Source of the DNA: Thermodesulfobacteriota bacterium
GTDB taxonomy: Bacteria > Desulfobacterota_D > UBA1144 > Nemesobacterales > UBA2774
Direction of reading: 5' to 3'
Assembly (NCBI GenBank): GCA_965216785.1
Contig: OZ244197.1
Span: 1,280,001-1,344,000 of the forward strand
Length of the DNA stretch: 64,000 nucleotides
The translations under genes and the position numbers were made by a program. The notes under the pieces are model-generated. The model saw nothing but the letters and a program-made list of their open reading frames with translations. It ran no database searches and was not told where the DNA came from. Below are positions 39,961-48,436 of this stretch, piece after piece (the first letter of the stretch is position 1; every line of letters starts with the position of its first letter).

Positions 39961-40091
39961 CTTTTTTTTCTTCCCTTAGGGGGGTGAGACGAGCCCTCCA
40001 TTCAACCTAGCGATCACAATAATATTGTTTTATTTATTCTATTGATGTAGTATTCCTTTTCGTTTTCAGATAACACTGCAAAGGGCCGTCT

Positions 40092-40676
40092 ATGTCAGAT
40101 ACTAAAAGATTATGCGTGTTTGTTTCAGGGAGCGGTACTAACCTTCAGGCTATGCTCGATGCCGATATCGAGCCTGCCGAGATTGTGCTCGTGTTCAGTA
40201 ATAACCCCGAAGCCTATGCGCTTGAGCGCGCCCGAAATCATAATATCCCAACTGAGGTAATCAACCACAAAGGCTACGGTACAAGAGAAGAATATGAAGA
40301 GGATATCATAAGGACGATTGAGCCTTACAATATCGATCTCATAGCTCTTGCGGGGTTTATGCGTATCCTTTCCCCACTATTCGTAAGGCACTATAAAAAT
40401 AAGATATTGAATATACACCCGGCGCTCCTGCCATCATTCCCCGGTATTCACGCTGCACGGCAGGCCCTTGAGTACGGGGTTAAATTTACGGGCTGCACAG
40501 TTCATTTCGTGGATGAAGGGGTAGATACTGGCCCTATCATACAACAGTCGGTAGTTGAAGTATTGGAAGACGATACCGAAGACTCTTTGCAGGAGAGGAT
40601 TCAAAAAGAGGAATACAGGATTTATCCCGAAGCAGTCCGAATGGTCGCCGAAGGCAAGGTTAAGCCAAAGGAATAA
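40092..40676 (+). CDS. purN: Phosphoribosylglycinamide formyltransferase
   Basis: SGSGTNLQA, LAGFMRIL, NIHPALLP, GCTVHFV. Confidence 0.97.
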   Translation: MSDTKRLCVFVSGSGTNLQAMLDADIEPAEIVLVFSNNPEAYALERARNHNIPTEVINHKGYGTREEYEEDIIRTIEPYNIDLIALAGFMRILSPLFVRHYKNKILNIHPALLPSFPGIHAARQALEYGVKFTGCTVHFVDEGVDTGPIIQQSVVEVLEDDTEDSLQERIQKEEYRIYPEAVRMVAEGKVKPKE

Positions 40677-40779
40677 TACAACGGCAATAACCTTTAGGCG
40701 ATATTCTAGTGCCGCTATTGCCGCCAGCTATGTCCTCTTGTATTTGGGGTTTGGCTGCTAAGTTATAGATGTTATCAGT

Positions 40780-41799
40780 TTATAAATCCCTTCCGACAGC
40801 TTTCGCTACAGGCGCCGCCTTTTCCATGAGCTCTTTAAACTTGCGGGGCTTAAGCGACTGACCTCCGTCACTCACGGCAATTTCAGGGTTGTTGTGGACT
40901 TCTATGATTATCCCGTCCGCCCCTGCGGCAATCGACGCGAGCGCCATTGGGGTTACGTACTGCCAGTAGCCTGTTCCGTGGCTCGGGTCTGCGATGATAG
41001 GCAGGTGGGTTCTTTCTTTAAGCACAGGGATGGCGTTTAGGTCAAATGTGTTTCTGGTTGCCGTCTCGAAAGTCCTGATACCCCTTTCGCACAGCATTAC
41101 ATTTTCGTTACCTTCAGAGAGAATGTACTCCGCGCCCATCAAGAACTCTTTAATTGTGGTAGACATACCGCGTTTCAGAAGCACGGGCATTTTGGATTTG
41201 CCGACTTGTTTTAAAAGCGCGTAGTTCTGAGAGTTTCTGGCGCCTATTTGAAGGACATCGGCGTACTTTGTTACAGAATCCAGATCGTGAGGGTCGAGTA
41301 TTTCGGTCACAATCGGGAGCCCTGTCTCTTCCCTCGCCGCGGCAAGGATCTTAAGCCCCTCAACGCCCATACCTTGGAAAGTGTAGGGTGAGCTTCTTGG
41401 TTTATAGGCTCCACCTCTGAGCATGCTTGCGCCTGCTTCTTTTACGGCGCGCGCGATCTCCATGACCTGCTCTTCGCTCTCGACCGAGCAGGGCCCTGCA
41501 ATAACAGGAATTTTATTGTTCCCAACTACTACGTCTCCAACTTTTATCTGTGTGGCTTCGGGGCTAAATTCGCGACTGGCAAGTTTGTGCGCGGGAAGGA
41601 TCGGTATGACTTTCTCCACCCCGTGTAGTATGCTTAGCGCTTCGACGTCTTCGGGTTTTCCCCTTTCGTCTCCTACTGCGCCGATGACGGTCCTGAGCAC
41701 GCCCTCGATCGGGTGCGGCTGATAACCGAGCTCGATCATCGTGTCCTTTGCGTTTTGAATTTCCTCGGGCGTTGCGCTACTTTTCATTACAACAATCAT
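40780..41799 (-). CDS. aroF: DAHP synthase type I-beta with N-terminal regulatory domain
   Basis: [30 protein letters not shown]. Confidence 0.93.
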   Translation of the reverse strand: MIVVMKSSATPEEIQNAKDTMIELGYQPHPIEGVLRTVIGAVGDERGKPEDVEALSILHGVEKVIPILPAHKLASREFSPEATQIKVGDVVVGNNKIPVIAGPCSVESEEQVMEIARAVKEAGASMLRGGAYKPRSSPYTFQGMGVEGLKILAAAREETGLPIVTEILDPHDLDSVTKYADVLQIGARNSQNYALLKQVGKSKMPVLLKRGMSTTIKEFLMGAEYILSEGNENVMLCERGIRTFETATRNTFDLNAIPVLKERTHLPIIADPSHGTGYWQYVTPMALASIAAGADGIIIEVHNNPEIAVSDGGQSLKPRKFKELMEKAAPVAKAVGRDL

Positions 41800-42019
41800 T
41801 ACCGTAAAACCTCCGCGTCGTTAAAAATTTTTGATTTTTTTAGACCCATAGATAAAGGTGCTAGGATACATGAAGACCTAATGTTGTCAACACGCAAAAG
41901 CCTCAGTGAAAAGGGTATGAATCGCTGATTTTACTAATCCCTTGGAGAACGGGGATATTTCTTGGCCTAGGCTCTTGATTCTTGGCTTATAAGATAGAAT
42001 AATATAGTCCTTACCCCAA

Positions 42020-42083
42020 GGGCGGGTGGTGAAATTGGCAGACACGACGGCCTCAAAAGCCGTTGGACTCACGTCCGTGGGGG
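42020..42083 (+). pseudogene. Truncated tRNA-Leu(CAA): first 64 nt only
   Basis: Identical to 50257-50320 but stops before the T-loop TTCGA. Confidence 0.9.
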
Positions 42084-42313
42084 CAATAAACTACAAATTT
42101 CATTCTTGTCTAATTATGAGCCCACTCAGTTTAAGGTCAGACATTGAAATGCGTTTAAATCTTAAATTCTTATACGATAATTACGGCATATCGACGTATC
42201 CGTGATATTTCATATGCTGCCGAAGCCTATTAAAAACCATCTTTCCCCATAACAAAACAAATATTCTCATTAATTCGAGATAGTTAAGAAGATTTGTTAA
42301 CTGTTTTAACAAG

Positions 42314-42330
42314 TTGGCATCCTATTTGTA
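42314..42330 (+). promoter_or_regulatory. Sigma54 promoter of the cupin operon
   Basis: TTGGCATCCTATTTGTA. Confidence 0.6.
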
Positions 42331-42369
42331 CTACTGTCATATTAAAAATATCACTAGGAGGTGATAAAT

Positions 42370-42867
42370 ATGTCAGTAAATAATTCTGAGCAGTCAATGA
42401 ATAATTTTGAAGAAGGCCAAGCTTTAGAGCAGCAGCCTATTGTTGTACTTCCGAACGCAGGTGAAAGTTTGGTTATAGGAGGAGGAGAATTTATCCATAA
42501 GGTAAAGAGCGGAGATACGAATAATGTGTTTTCTGTTATTGAGATTATAACTCCTCCCGGGCAAGGCGTATCGGCTCACGTACATGAAAAGGAAGACGAG
42601 CTCGTCTATCTATTGCAAGGCGAAATTGAGGTAACACTCGGTGATCAGACAATGAAGGCGGTTCCTGGTGTTATGGCGCTCTTACCTCGTGGAATACCTC
42701 ATAGTTTTGTAAATGTGGGGGACACCCATAGTATCATTATAGATACGATACTGCCCGGAGCATTCGACAACTACTTTGTAGAAATGGCAGCTCTATATGA
42801 ATCGGGAGAGCCGACGCAGGAACAAGTCGATGCGCTTTCAGTAAAGTACAGCATCAAATATGTATAA
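42370..42867 (+). CDS. Cupin domain protein
   Basis: HVHEKEDE...PRGIPHSF; SD GGAGGTG before ATG 42370. Confidence 0.88.
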   Translation: MSVNNSEQSMNNFEEGQALEQQPIVVLPNAGESLVIGGGEFIHKVKSGDTNNVFSVIEIITPPGQGVSAHVHEKEDELVYLLQGEIEVTLGDQTMKAVPGVMALLPRGIPHSFVNVGDTHSIIIDTILPGAFDNYFVEMAALYESGEPTQEQVDALSVKYSIKYV

Positions 42868-42920
42868 ATGGGTATATAGCCGTTGTAGAATATCAAAATC
42901 TTATTTGGAGGTAGTCTAAT

Positions 42921-43274
42921 ATGAAACGTTTGAATCTTGTATCAATGTCTTTGGTTTTAGGAATTATATTTTCAGTTGTTATTTGTACTTTCAGTTATGC
43001 AGAAGATGAAGGTACTAAGAGCATACAAGGTAATGTAATATGTCTCATACCTGATTATGCCCATGGAACGGTTAAGCCGGTTATAGCAACGCATCCTTGC
43101 GACGGGCTGCCAACACATCAACATGTTCTGGTAACTGAAGATACTGTTTATTCTCTTCAAGGACTGCAGGACGGTTTAAGGAAGATTGAGCAAAATCCTA
43201 ATAGAACTGATGTGGTGATTGCCGGAAAAGTTAAGGGAAGTGAACAAACAGGTTGGGTTCTTTTTGTAAATTGA
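42921..43274 (+). CDS. Secreted hypothetical protein with Cys/His residues
   Basis: Signal peptide; VICL...HPCDGLPTHQH. Confidence 0.7.
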   Translation: MKRLNLVSMSLVLGIIFSVVICTFSYAEDEGTKSIQGNVICLIPDYAHGTVKPVIATHPCDGLPTHQHVLVTEDTVYSLQGLQDGLRKIEQNPNRTDVVIAGKVKGSEQTGWVLFVN

Positions 43275-43355
43275 TATAAATTGCTGAGGTGAGATAGCCC
43301 GTCTTGTGTTCCCTAAGTCTATGATTAAAGCAGATGCATAGAAAGCTTATAAGAC

Positions 43356-43391
43356 AGAGGACTCAGTACCTTACAAAGTATTGAGTCCTCT
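43356..43391 (+). terminator. Long stem-loop, probable terminator
   Basis: AGAGGACTCAGTAC-loop-GTATTGAGTCCTCT. Confidence 0.6.
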
Positions 43392-43575
43392 TCATTTCTA
43401 GTTTACACCCTACAAACTCGTATTCTTCAAAATAACTTAAATACTCAACGGTTCTTGCAGTTCTGATACTAAGTACTAAGATAGTAAAACAGCATCTTTA
43501 TTATACTGCTCCCCATTAAGAACGAAGTATAGTTAAGTTAGTAAAATATCGGTAATACACAGTGGGAGAGCAGCT

Positions 43576-43851
43576 ATGAAACGAAGGAGATGGGACTCTA
43601 AAACCAAGACCAAGATAGTACTCGAAGGATTATCTGGTAGACCCGTATCAGAGATATGCAACGAGTACGAAATACATCAAAATCAATACTACAGCTGGCG
43701 GGATAAATTCTTATTTGAAGCACATAAAGCGTTTGAATCTAAAAAAGATGGTGGAGAAGTAAGTCGTCTTCGTAAGAAGAATCAGGAGCTAACCCAAATA
43801 ATAGGTTCACTCACCGTTGAATTAAAAAAAATAGAGGAAGACATCATATGA
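43576..43851 (+). CDS. IS3 transposase OrfA
   Basis: HTH + leucine zipper; ELKK at the slippery site. Confidence 0.9.
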   Translation: MKRRRWDSKTKTKIVLEGLSGRPVSEICNEYEIHQNQYYSWRDKFLFEAHKAFESKKDGGEVSRLRKKNQELTQIIGSLTVELKKIEEDII

Positions 43852-44618
43852 GAAAGAAGTCTGACTCTGTATCCCTTCGAAACGAACACTTACTTGAAAG
43901 AATAAAAGATATAAAAGCAGAACATCCCTTCTGGGGTTATAGAAGAGTATGGGCATATCTAAGATATATAGACGGATTAATAGTAAATAAGAAGCGTGTA
44001 TACAGGCTTATGAGAGAGCATAACCTTACTGTCCAACCGAACACTAGACTAATAGCAAAGAGAGTATCAGAAAGACCAAAGCCCAGAGCAGATAGACCTA
44101 TACAGTGGTGGGGCATAGATATGACAAAGGTCATGACTGAGAGTGGCTGGGTATATGTAGTAATAGTACTGGACTGGTATACGAAGAAGTTAATAGGTTA
44201 CTACAGTGGAACAAGAGCTACAAGCAGAGATTGGTTAGAAGCTTTAGAAAAAGGACTTAACAGGGAGTTTACCGGGGGAGTAATGGGACATGGATTAAAG
44301 CTTATGAGTGATAACGGAAGTCAGCCTACTTCACTCAATTTTATGAAAGCCTGTTCTAATCTCGAAGTGGAGCAAGTATTTACCAGCTACAACAACCCAA
44401 AAGGAAATGCAGATACAGAGAGGATGATAAGAACAATGAAAGAGGAGCTCTTTTGGCGTAGGGAGTGGGAGGGAGAAGCAGAGTCAAATAAGGAACTGGA
44501 TAAATGGGTTGATTATTACAACAGACATTACCTTCATTCAGCACACGCATACCGAACACCGATTCAGGCAGAAGAAGTGTATTATAAGAATCATAGCTCA
44601 CATAAAAACGCTGCCTGA
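43848..44618 (+). CDS. IS3 transposase OrfB (DDE)
   Basis: WGYRR, WGIDMT, SDNGSQ, ERMIRTMKEE, YNRHYLHS. Confidence 0.92.
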   Translation: MRKKSDSVSLRNEHLLERIKDIKAEHPFWGYRRVWAYLRYIDGLIVNKKRVYRLMREHNLTVQPNTRLIAKRVSERPKPRADRPIQWWGIDMTKVMTESGWVYVVIVLDWYTKKLIGYYSGTRATSRDWLEALEKGLNREFTGGVMGHGLKLMSDNGSQPTSLNFMKACSNLEVEQVFTSYNNPKGNADTERMIRTMKEELFWRREWEGEAESNKELDKWVDYYNRHYLHSAHAYRTPIQAEEVYYKNHSSHKNAA

Positions 44619-44908
44619 AAATAAGGGGAGCAGGTCACCAACATTACAGAAATTGAGATAGGCTGTGCCTTCTCCCATACTATTTTTCCGAAATGCCTCT
44701 AACAATAGCTTCTAGAAAAAAGCAGTGACGACCCTTGAATATGTTGTATTGACCTAGTTTTGACAAAGTTCAGATATAGAGTACTTTTTATAAATAAGAA
44801 AACTAACCTTTGAGAAGTATAGAACTCTCCAGACGATTGAACACTCCTTTCCTGATAACGTAAGAAGTTGCGACAACCGAAAAGGGAATTTTTCTTAAAA
44901 ATATCCCT

Positions 44909-46105
44909 GTGATAAATACTCGAAAAAAGATAAACGTGCTCCAAGTAGCTACCCTAAACCGGCCTATCAAGCAGGATTTGGGTTACGGTCCTATCGAATC
45001 GGTTATTTACAATATTGATAAAGGCCTACATAAGTCAGGTCATCGTTCGATTGTCGCCTGTTCCGGTGATTCCCGTGTTATCGGAGAACATTACACGACT
45101 ATTGACAAAAGTTTCAGTGAGTACTGGAGTAAAGACACAAATGTACAGCGTGAGAATATGCGCAGACATCTTGACCTATCACTACAAAGGGCAAAAAAAG
45201 GGGACATCGATATCATCCACGTACATGATGCCAATATGGCTGAATTTATTTATAAGGGAGTTTTTAAAAGCCCGGTTCCCATTGTTATGACGCTCCATGT
45301 GCCTGCTGAAGACAAAGGAGCATTCAAGCGGTGGAATGAATCGCTCACTTCCAATTCCGACGCATATTTTGTCCCGATCAGTAAATATCAGAGAAAACAG
45401 CATGCGGGGTTAATCAATGCGCAGAAGGTTATTAGTCACGGTATTGACGTGGAAGATTATCCATTTAAAAGCAATCCGGGAGAACAGGAATATTTGTTCT
45501 CGATCGGAAGAATCACCCAAGATAAAGGGCAGGATAAGGCCATCGAGGTAGCTAAAAGAACGGGTTCTCGGCTTATCCTCGCAGGCAATGTCCAAAACAA
45601 AGAAAAAGACCGGGCATTTTTCAAGGGACTGGAAAAATCATTCGACCTTGTGACCGATGAGGGCAAACCTTTCGTAGGTAGCGAGTATTACGAAAAAGTC
45701 ATGAAACCTATTTTGGATTCGGACAAGCAGATAATCTATATTGGTGAAGTTGACAGCGCCCAGAAAAGACTGTGGTACCGGCACGCTCAGGCGACACTCT
45801 TTCCTATTCAATGGGGCGAACCCTTCGGACTTGTCTTGATTGAATCCATGGCCTGCGGCACACCGGTGCTGGCCTTGAATAAAGGCTCGGTCCCGGAAAT
45901 TGTCATTCATGGCAAAACAGGCTTCGTCGTAGATTCAGTCCATGAAATGGCTGAGGCTGTGAAAGAGATACACCTTATAGATCCCAGTGACTGCCGCAGT
46001 CACGTTAAAGATAATTTCTCAGTCGCCAGTATGGCCGGGAAATATTCCGAGTTGTATCAGCATATTATGGGGGTAAGCGCTTCATGCCAAAAGACATACC
46101 AGTAA
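44909..46105 (+). CDS. GT4 glycosyltransferase
   Basis: YGPIE, GRITQDKG, WGEPFGLVLIESMACGTPV. Confidence 0.9.
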   Translation: MINTRKKINVLQVATLNRPIKQDLGYGPIESVIYNIDKGLHKSGHRSIVACSGDSRVIGEHYTTIDKSFSEYWSKDTNVQRENMRRHLDLSLQRAKKGDIDIIHVHDANMAEFIYKGVFKSPVPIVMTLHVPAEDKGAFKRWNESLTSNSDAYFVPISKYQRKQHAGLINAQKVISHGIDVEDYPFKSNPGEQEYLFSIGRITQDKGQDKAIEVAKRTGSRLILAGNVQNKEKDRAFFKGLEKSFDLVTDEGKPFVGSEYYEKVMKPILDSDKQIIYIGEVDSAQKRLWYRHAQATLFPIQWGEPFGLVLIESMACGTPVLALNKGSVPEIVIHGKTGFVVDSVHEMAEAVKEIHLIDPSDCRSHVKDNFSVASMAGKYSELYQHIMGVSASCQKTYQ

Positions 46106-48048
46106 GTAACGGGTCCTTTCTTTTGAATTTTGATTCGGACTATCAGATCCGAGACGTTTATTTCCCCTATATCGGGCAGGAAAACCATTCAAGCGGACAT
46201 CCATTCGGCTTTGGGATATGGGCGGACGGACGGTATTCGAAGATTGGGCCGGAATGGGTAAAAGATTTAAGATATCGTCACAATAACCTAGTAACTGATG
46301 TATTTCTAAAAAATGAAGCCTTGGGTTTGGAGCTCCGATGCTCGGATGTAGTAGATTTGGATTTGAACATCTATATCAAAAAAATCGAGGTTATGAACCT
46401 TAAAGACGAATCTCGTCAAGTCCGGCTCTTTTTCAGTCATTACTTTTCTCTTTATGGAAATGACATCGGGGGTACGGCTTATTTTGATCCCCGCAGTTGT
46501 TCGATTGTCCATTACAAAATCAACCGGTACTTTCTGATCAGCTCCTGGGCGCATGACCAATGGGGTGTGCAGCATTTTGACTGTGGTAGAAGAGATGCTT
46601 CGGGAAGTATGGAGACCGTTAAAAAGACAGGAAACGGAGAACTTAGCGGGGTGGCCGCCGCATGGGGCTCGCCTCATTCCACCATCGGCATTTGGCTGGA
46701 ATTGCCCGCCGGGGGCTCAACAAATGCATATTATTGGATGGTGGCGGGCACAACCTATGCTGAAGTCGCTAAGCTCAATTTGGAAGTCCACGATAAAACG
46801 CCTGAAAAACTCCTTAAGCGCTCGTCGAAATACTGGCAAACATGGATACATAATGATTCGTTGAAGCTTCAAGGCTTGCCTAAATCCATGACCGACATTT
46901 ATAACCGAAGCCTGCTTATATTAAGAACGCAAATTGACAACCATGGAGCCATTATTGCCGCCAATGATTCTGAGATTATTCGATTTGGAAAAGATACTTA
47001 TTCCTATATGTGGGGACGGGATGGCGCTTTTGTCGCAGCCGCTTTATCAAAGGCGGGTTACTCGCATCCGTGTATGAAATATTTTGATTTCTGCGCGCGC
47101 ATTTTATCTGACGAAGGCTATTTATTCCAGCATTATAATCCGGACGGATCCCTTGCAAGTAATTGGCATTCCTGGTTAGTCGAGGGCAAAGAGGTCCTTC
47201 CCATCCAGGAAGATTCAACCGCCTTAACTATTTGGGCGCTATGGAAATACTATGAGAGCATGAAAGATGTAGAATTTATTAGGCCTCTTTACAGTAAGCT
47301 CATTAAAAAAGCCGCCGACTTTTTAGTCAGTTACCGTGACCCCCAAACTCATTTGCCTTTACCTTCCTATGATCTTTGGGAAGAACGTTACGCGTTGCAC
47401 GCTTATACGGTTGCATCAGTGATCGCCGGTCTTAGAGCGGCCGCCAATTTCGCGAAGCTCTTTAAGGACACCTCGTTGGCTGAGAAGTATGACTCCGTGG
47501 CCGATGAAATGACGGAGGGAATTATTCAACACCTATACCATAAAGACCTAAAGCGATTTGCCCGTTCGGGCTCCAGAATAGAGGGAGGGTATAAACTTGA
47601 TGAAGTCATTGATATTAGTCTGTTAAGCTTGGCAACACTTGGAGTTTTGAATTCCGATGACCCGCGAATGATTGAAACAGCCCAAGCTATTCACGAGCAG
47701 CTATGGCTTAAAACTCCTATTCAAGGTTGCGCCAGATACCAGGGTGATTTCTATCAGCGTGCGGATGATAGCCCAAAGGATATTCCCGGTAATCCATGGT
47801 TTATTTCGACACTTTGGCTGGCAGAATATTTTATCGATAAGGCTGGGAATCAAGAGCAGCTTCAAGAGACCCTTCCATATCTTGAATGGTGTGTTGAAAA
47901 TTCACTTCCTTCAGGCGTTCTTGCCGAGCAAGTACATCCTGTTACCGGTTCACCTCTTTGTGTTTCGCCTCTCACTTGGAGTCATTCCGCTTTTGTTTGG
48001 ACTGTTCTGCGATACACTGAAAAGGACAAGACGCTCAGAAAACAATAA
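46084..48048 (+). CDS. GH15 glucoamylase/trehalase-like glycoside hydrolase
   Basis: YSYMWGRDG, QEDST, YDLWEE, LAEQV, PLTWSH. Confidence 0.9.
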   Translation: MPKDIPVSNGSFLLNFDSDYQIRDVYFPYIGQENHSSGHPFGFGIWADGRYSKIGPEWVKDLRYRHNNLVTDVFLKNEALGLELRCSDVVDLDLNIYIKKIEVMNLKDESRQVRLFFSHYFSLYGNDIGGTAYFDPRSCSIVHYKINRYFLISSWAHDQWGVQHFDCGRRDASGSMETVKKTGNGELSGVAAAWGSPHSTIGIWLELPAGGSTNAYYWMVAGTTYAEVAKLNLEVHDKTPEKLLKRSSKYWQTWIHNDSLKLQGLPKSMTDIYNRSLLILRTQIDNHGAIIAANDSEIIRFGKDTYSYMWGRDGAFVAAALSKAGYSHPCMKYFDFCARILSDEGYLFQHYNPDGSLASNWHSWLVEGKEVLPIQEDSTALTIWALWKYYESMKDVEFIRPLYSKLIKKAADFLVSYRDPQTHLPLPSYDLWEERYALHAYTVASVIAGLRAAANFAKLFKDTSLAEKYDSVADEMTEGIIQHLYHKDLKRFARSGSRIEGGYKLDEVIDISLLSLATLGVLNSDDPRMIETAQAIHEQLWLKTPIQGCARYQGDFYQRADDSPKDIPGNPWFISTLWLAEYFIDKAGNQEQLQETLPYLEWCVENSLPSGVLAEQVHPVTGSPLCVSPLTWSHSAFVWTVLRYTEKDKTLRKQ

Positions 48049-48263
48049 TTATCAGAGAAGGAAATATGTTTTTGCTTGATTTGTGTTATGTAGATGATTT
48101 TTGCTTCTTTTCATCCAGGGAAAGAAGACGGGCAGCCCCCCTGGCAAGATGTTTCTTTGAAACTCATTTACTTTAGTTTGGTCTCACCCAAAAGCTGTAC
48201 CGTGCAAATTAGAGATTTCTGACGTTTTTGAATACCTTTTCATATAATCCTCCAGTGTGATTA

Positions 48264-48304
48264 AATCCAACTTAAACCGAGCTTGACAAAAGGGGTGCAG
48301 TACA
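48264..48304 (-). repeat. Solo IS3 IRR-type end
   Basis: Reverse complement TGTACTGCACCCCTTTTGTCAAGCTCGGTTTAAGTTGGATT. Confidence 0.88.
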
Positions 48305-48436
48305 TTATCTACATCTACCTTAAGCAGATTTCCCAACTTATTTAGTAATTCACAGAAATTACAGTTCTATTGCGCTTACAACGTAATTGTGATTATATAA
48401 CTAAAGGTAGGTAAAACTTATGAATAATAGAGAGTT

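Larger units (their letters stand above)
43502..44637 (+). mobile_element. IS3-family insertion sequence (1136 bp)
   Basis: Ends TATACTGCTCCCC / GGGGAGCAGGTCA; orfA/orfB; A8 slippery run 43824-43831. Confidence 0.93.
43502..48304. mobile_element. Putative composite unit: IS3 + GT4 + GH15 + solo IRR
   Basis: TTAT on both flanks (43498-43501, 48305-48308); the IS alone has no matching flank. Confidence 0.6.

Noticed and set aside
39741-40001. 86-aa ORF on the minus strand
   Set aside because: Antisense shadow of the 5S rRNA gene.
23211-41722. Numerous 60-180 aa ORFs overlapping core genes (e.g. 23668-24213, 28284-28757, 30144-30575, 39053-39529)
   Set aside because: Antisense or alternate-frame shadows of well-supported genes; Ser/Pro/Ile-rich with no motifs.
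41887-42072. 61-aa ORF on the minus strand
   Set aside because: Antisense shadow of the tRNA-Leu fragment.
43824-43851. A8 run and ATGA overlap as a novel recoding signal
   Set aside because: Standard IS3 OrfAB frameshift/coupling arrangement.
48184-48186. Selenocysteine codon
   Set aside because: No redox-motif context and no convincing bacterial SECIS hairpin directly downstream.
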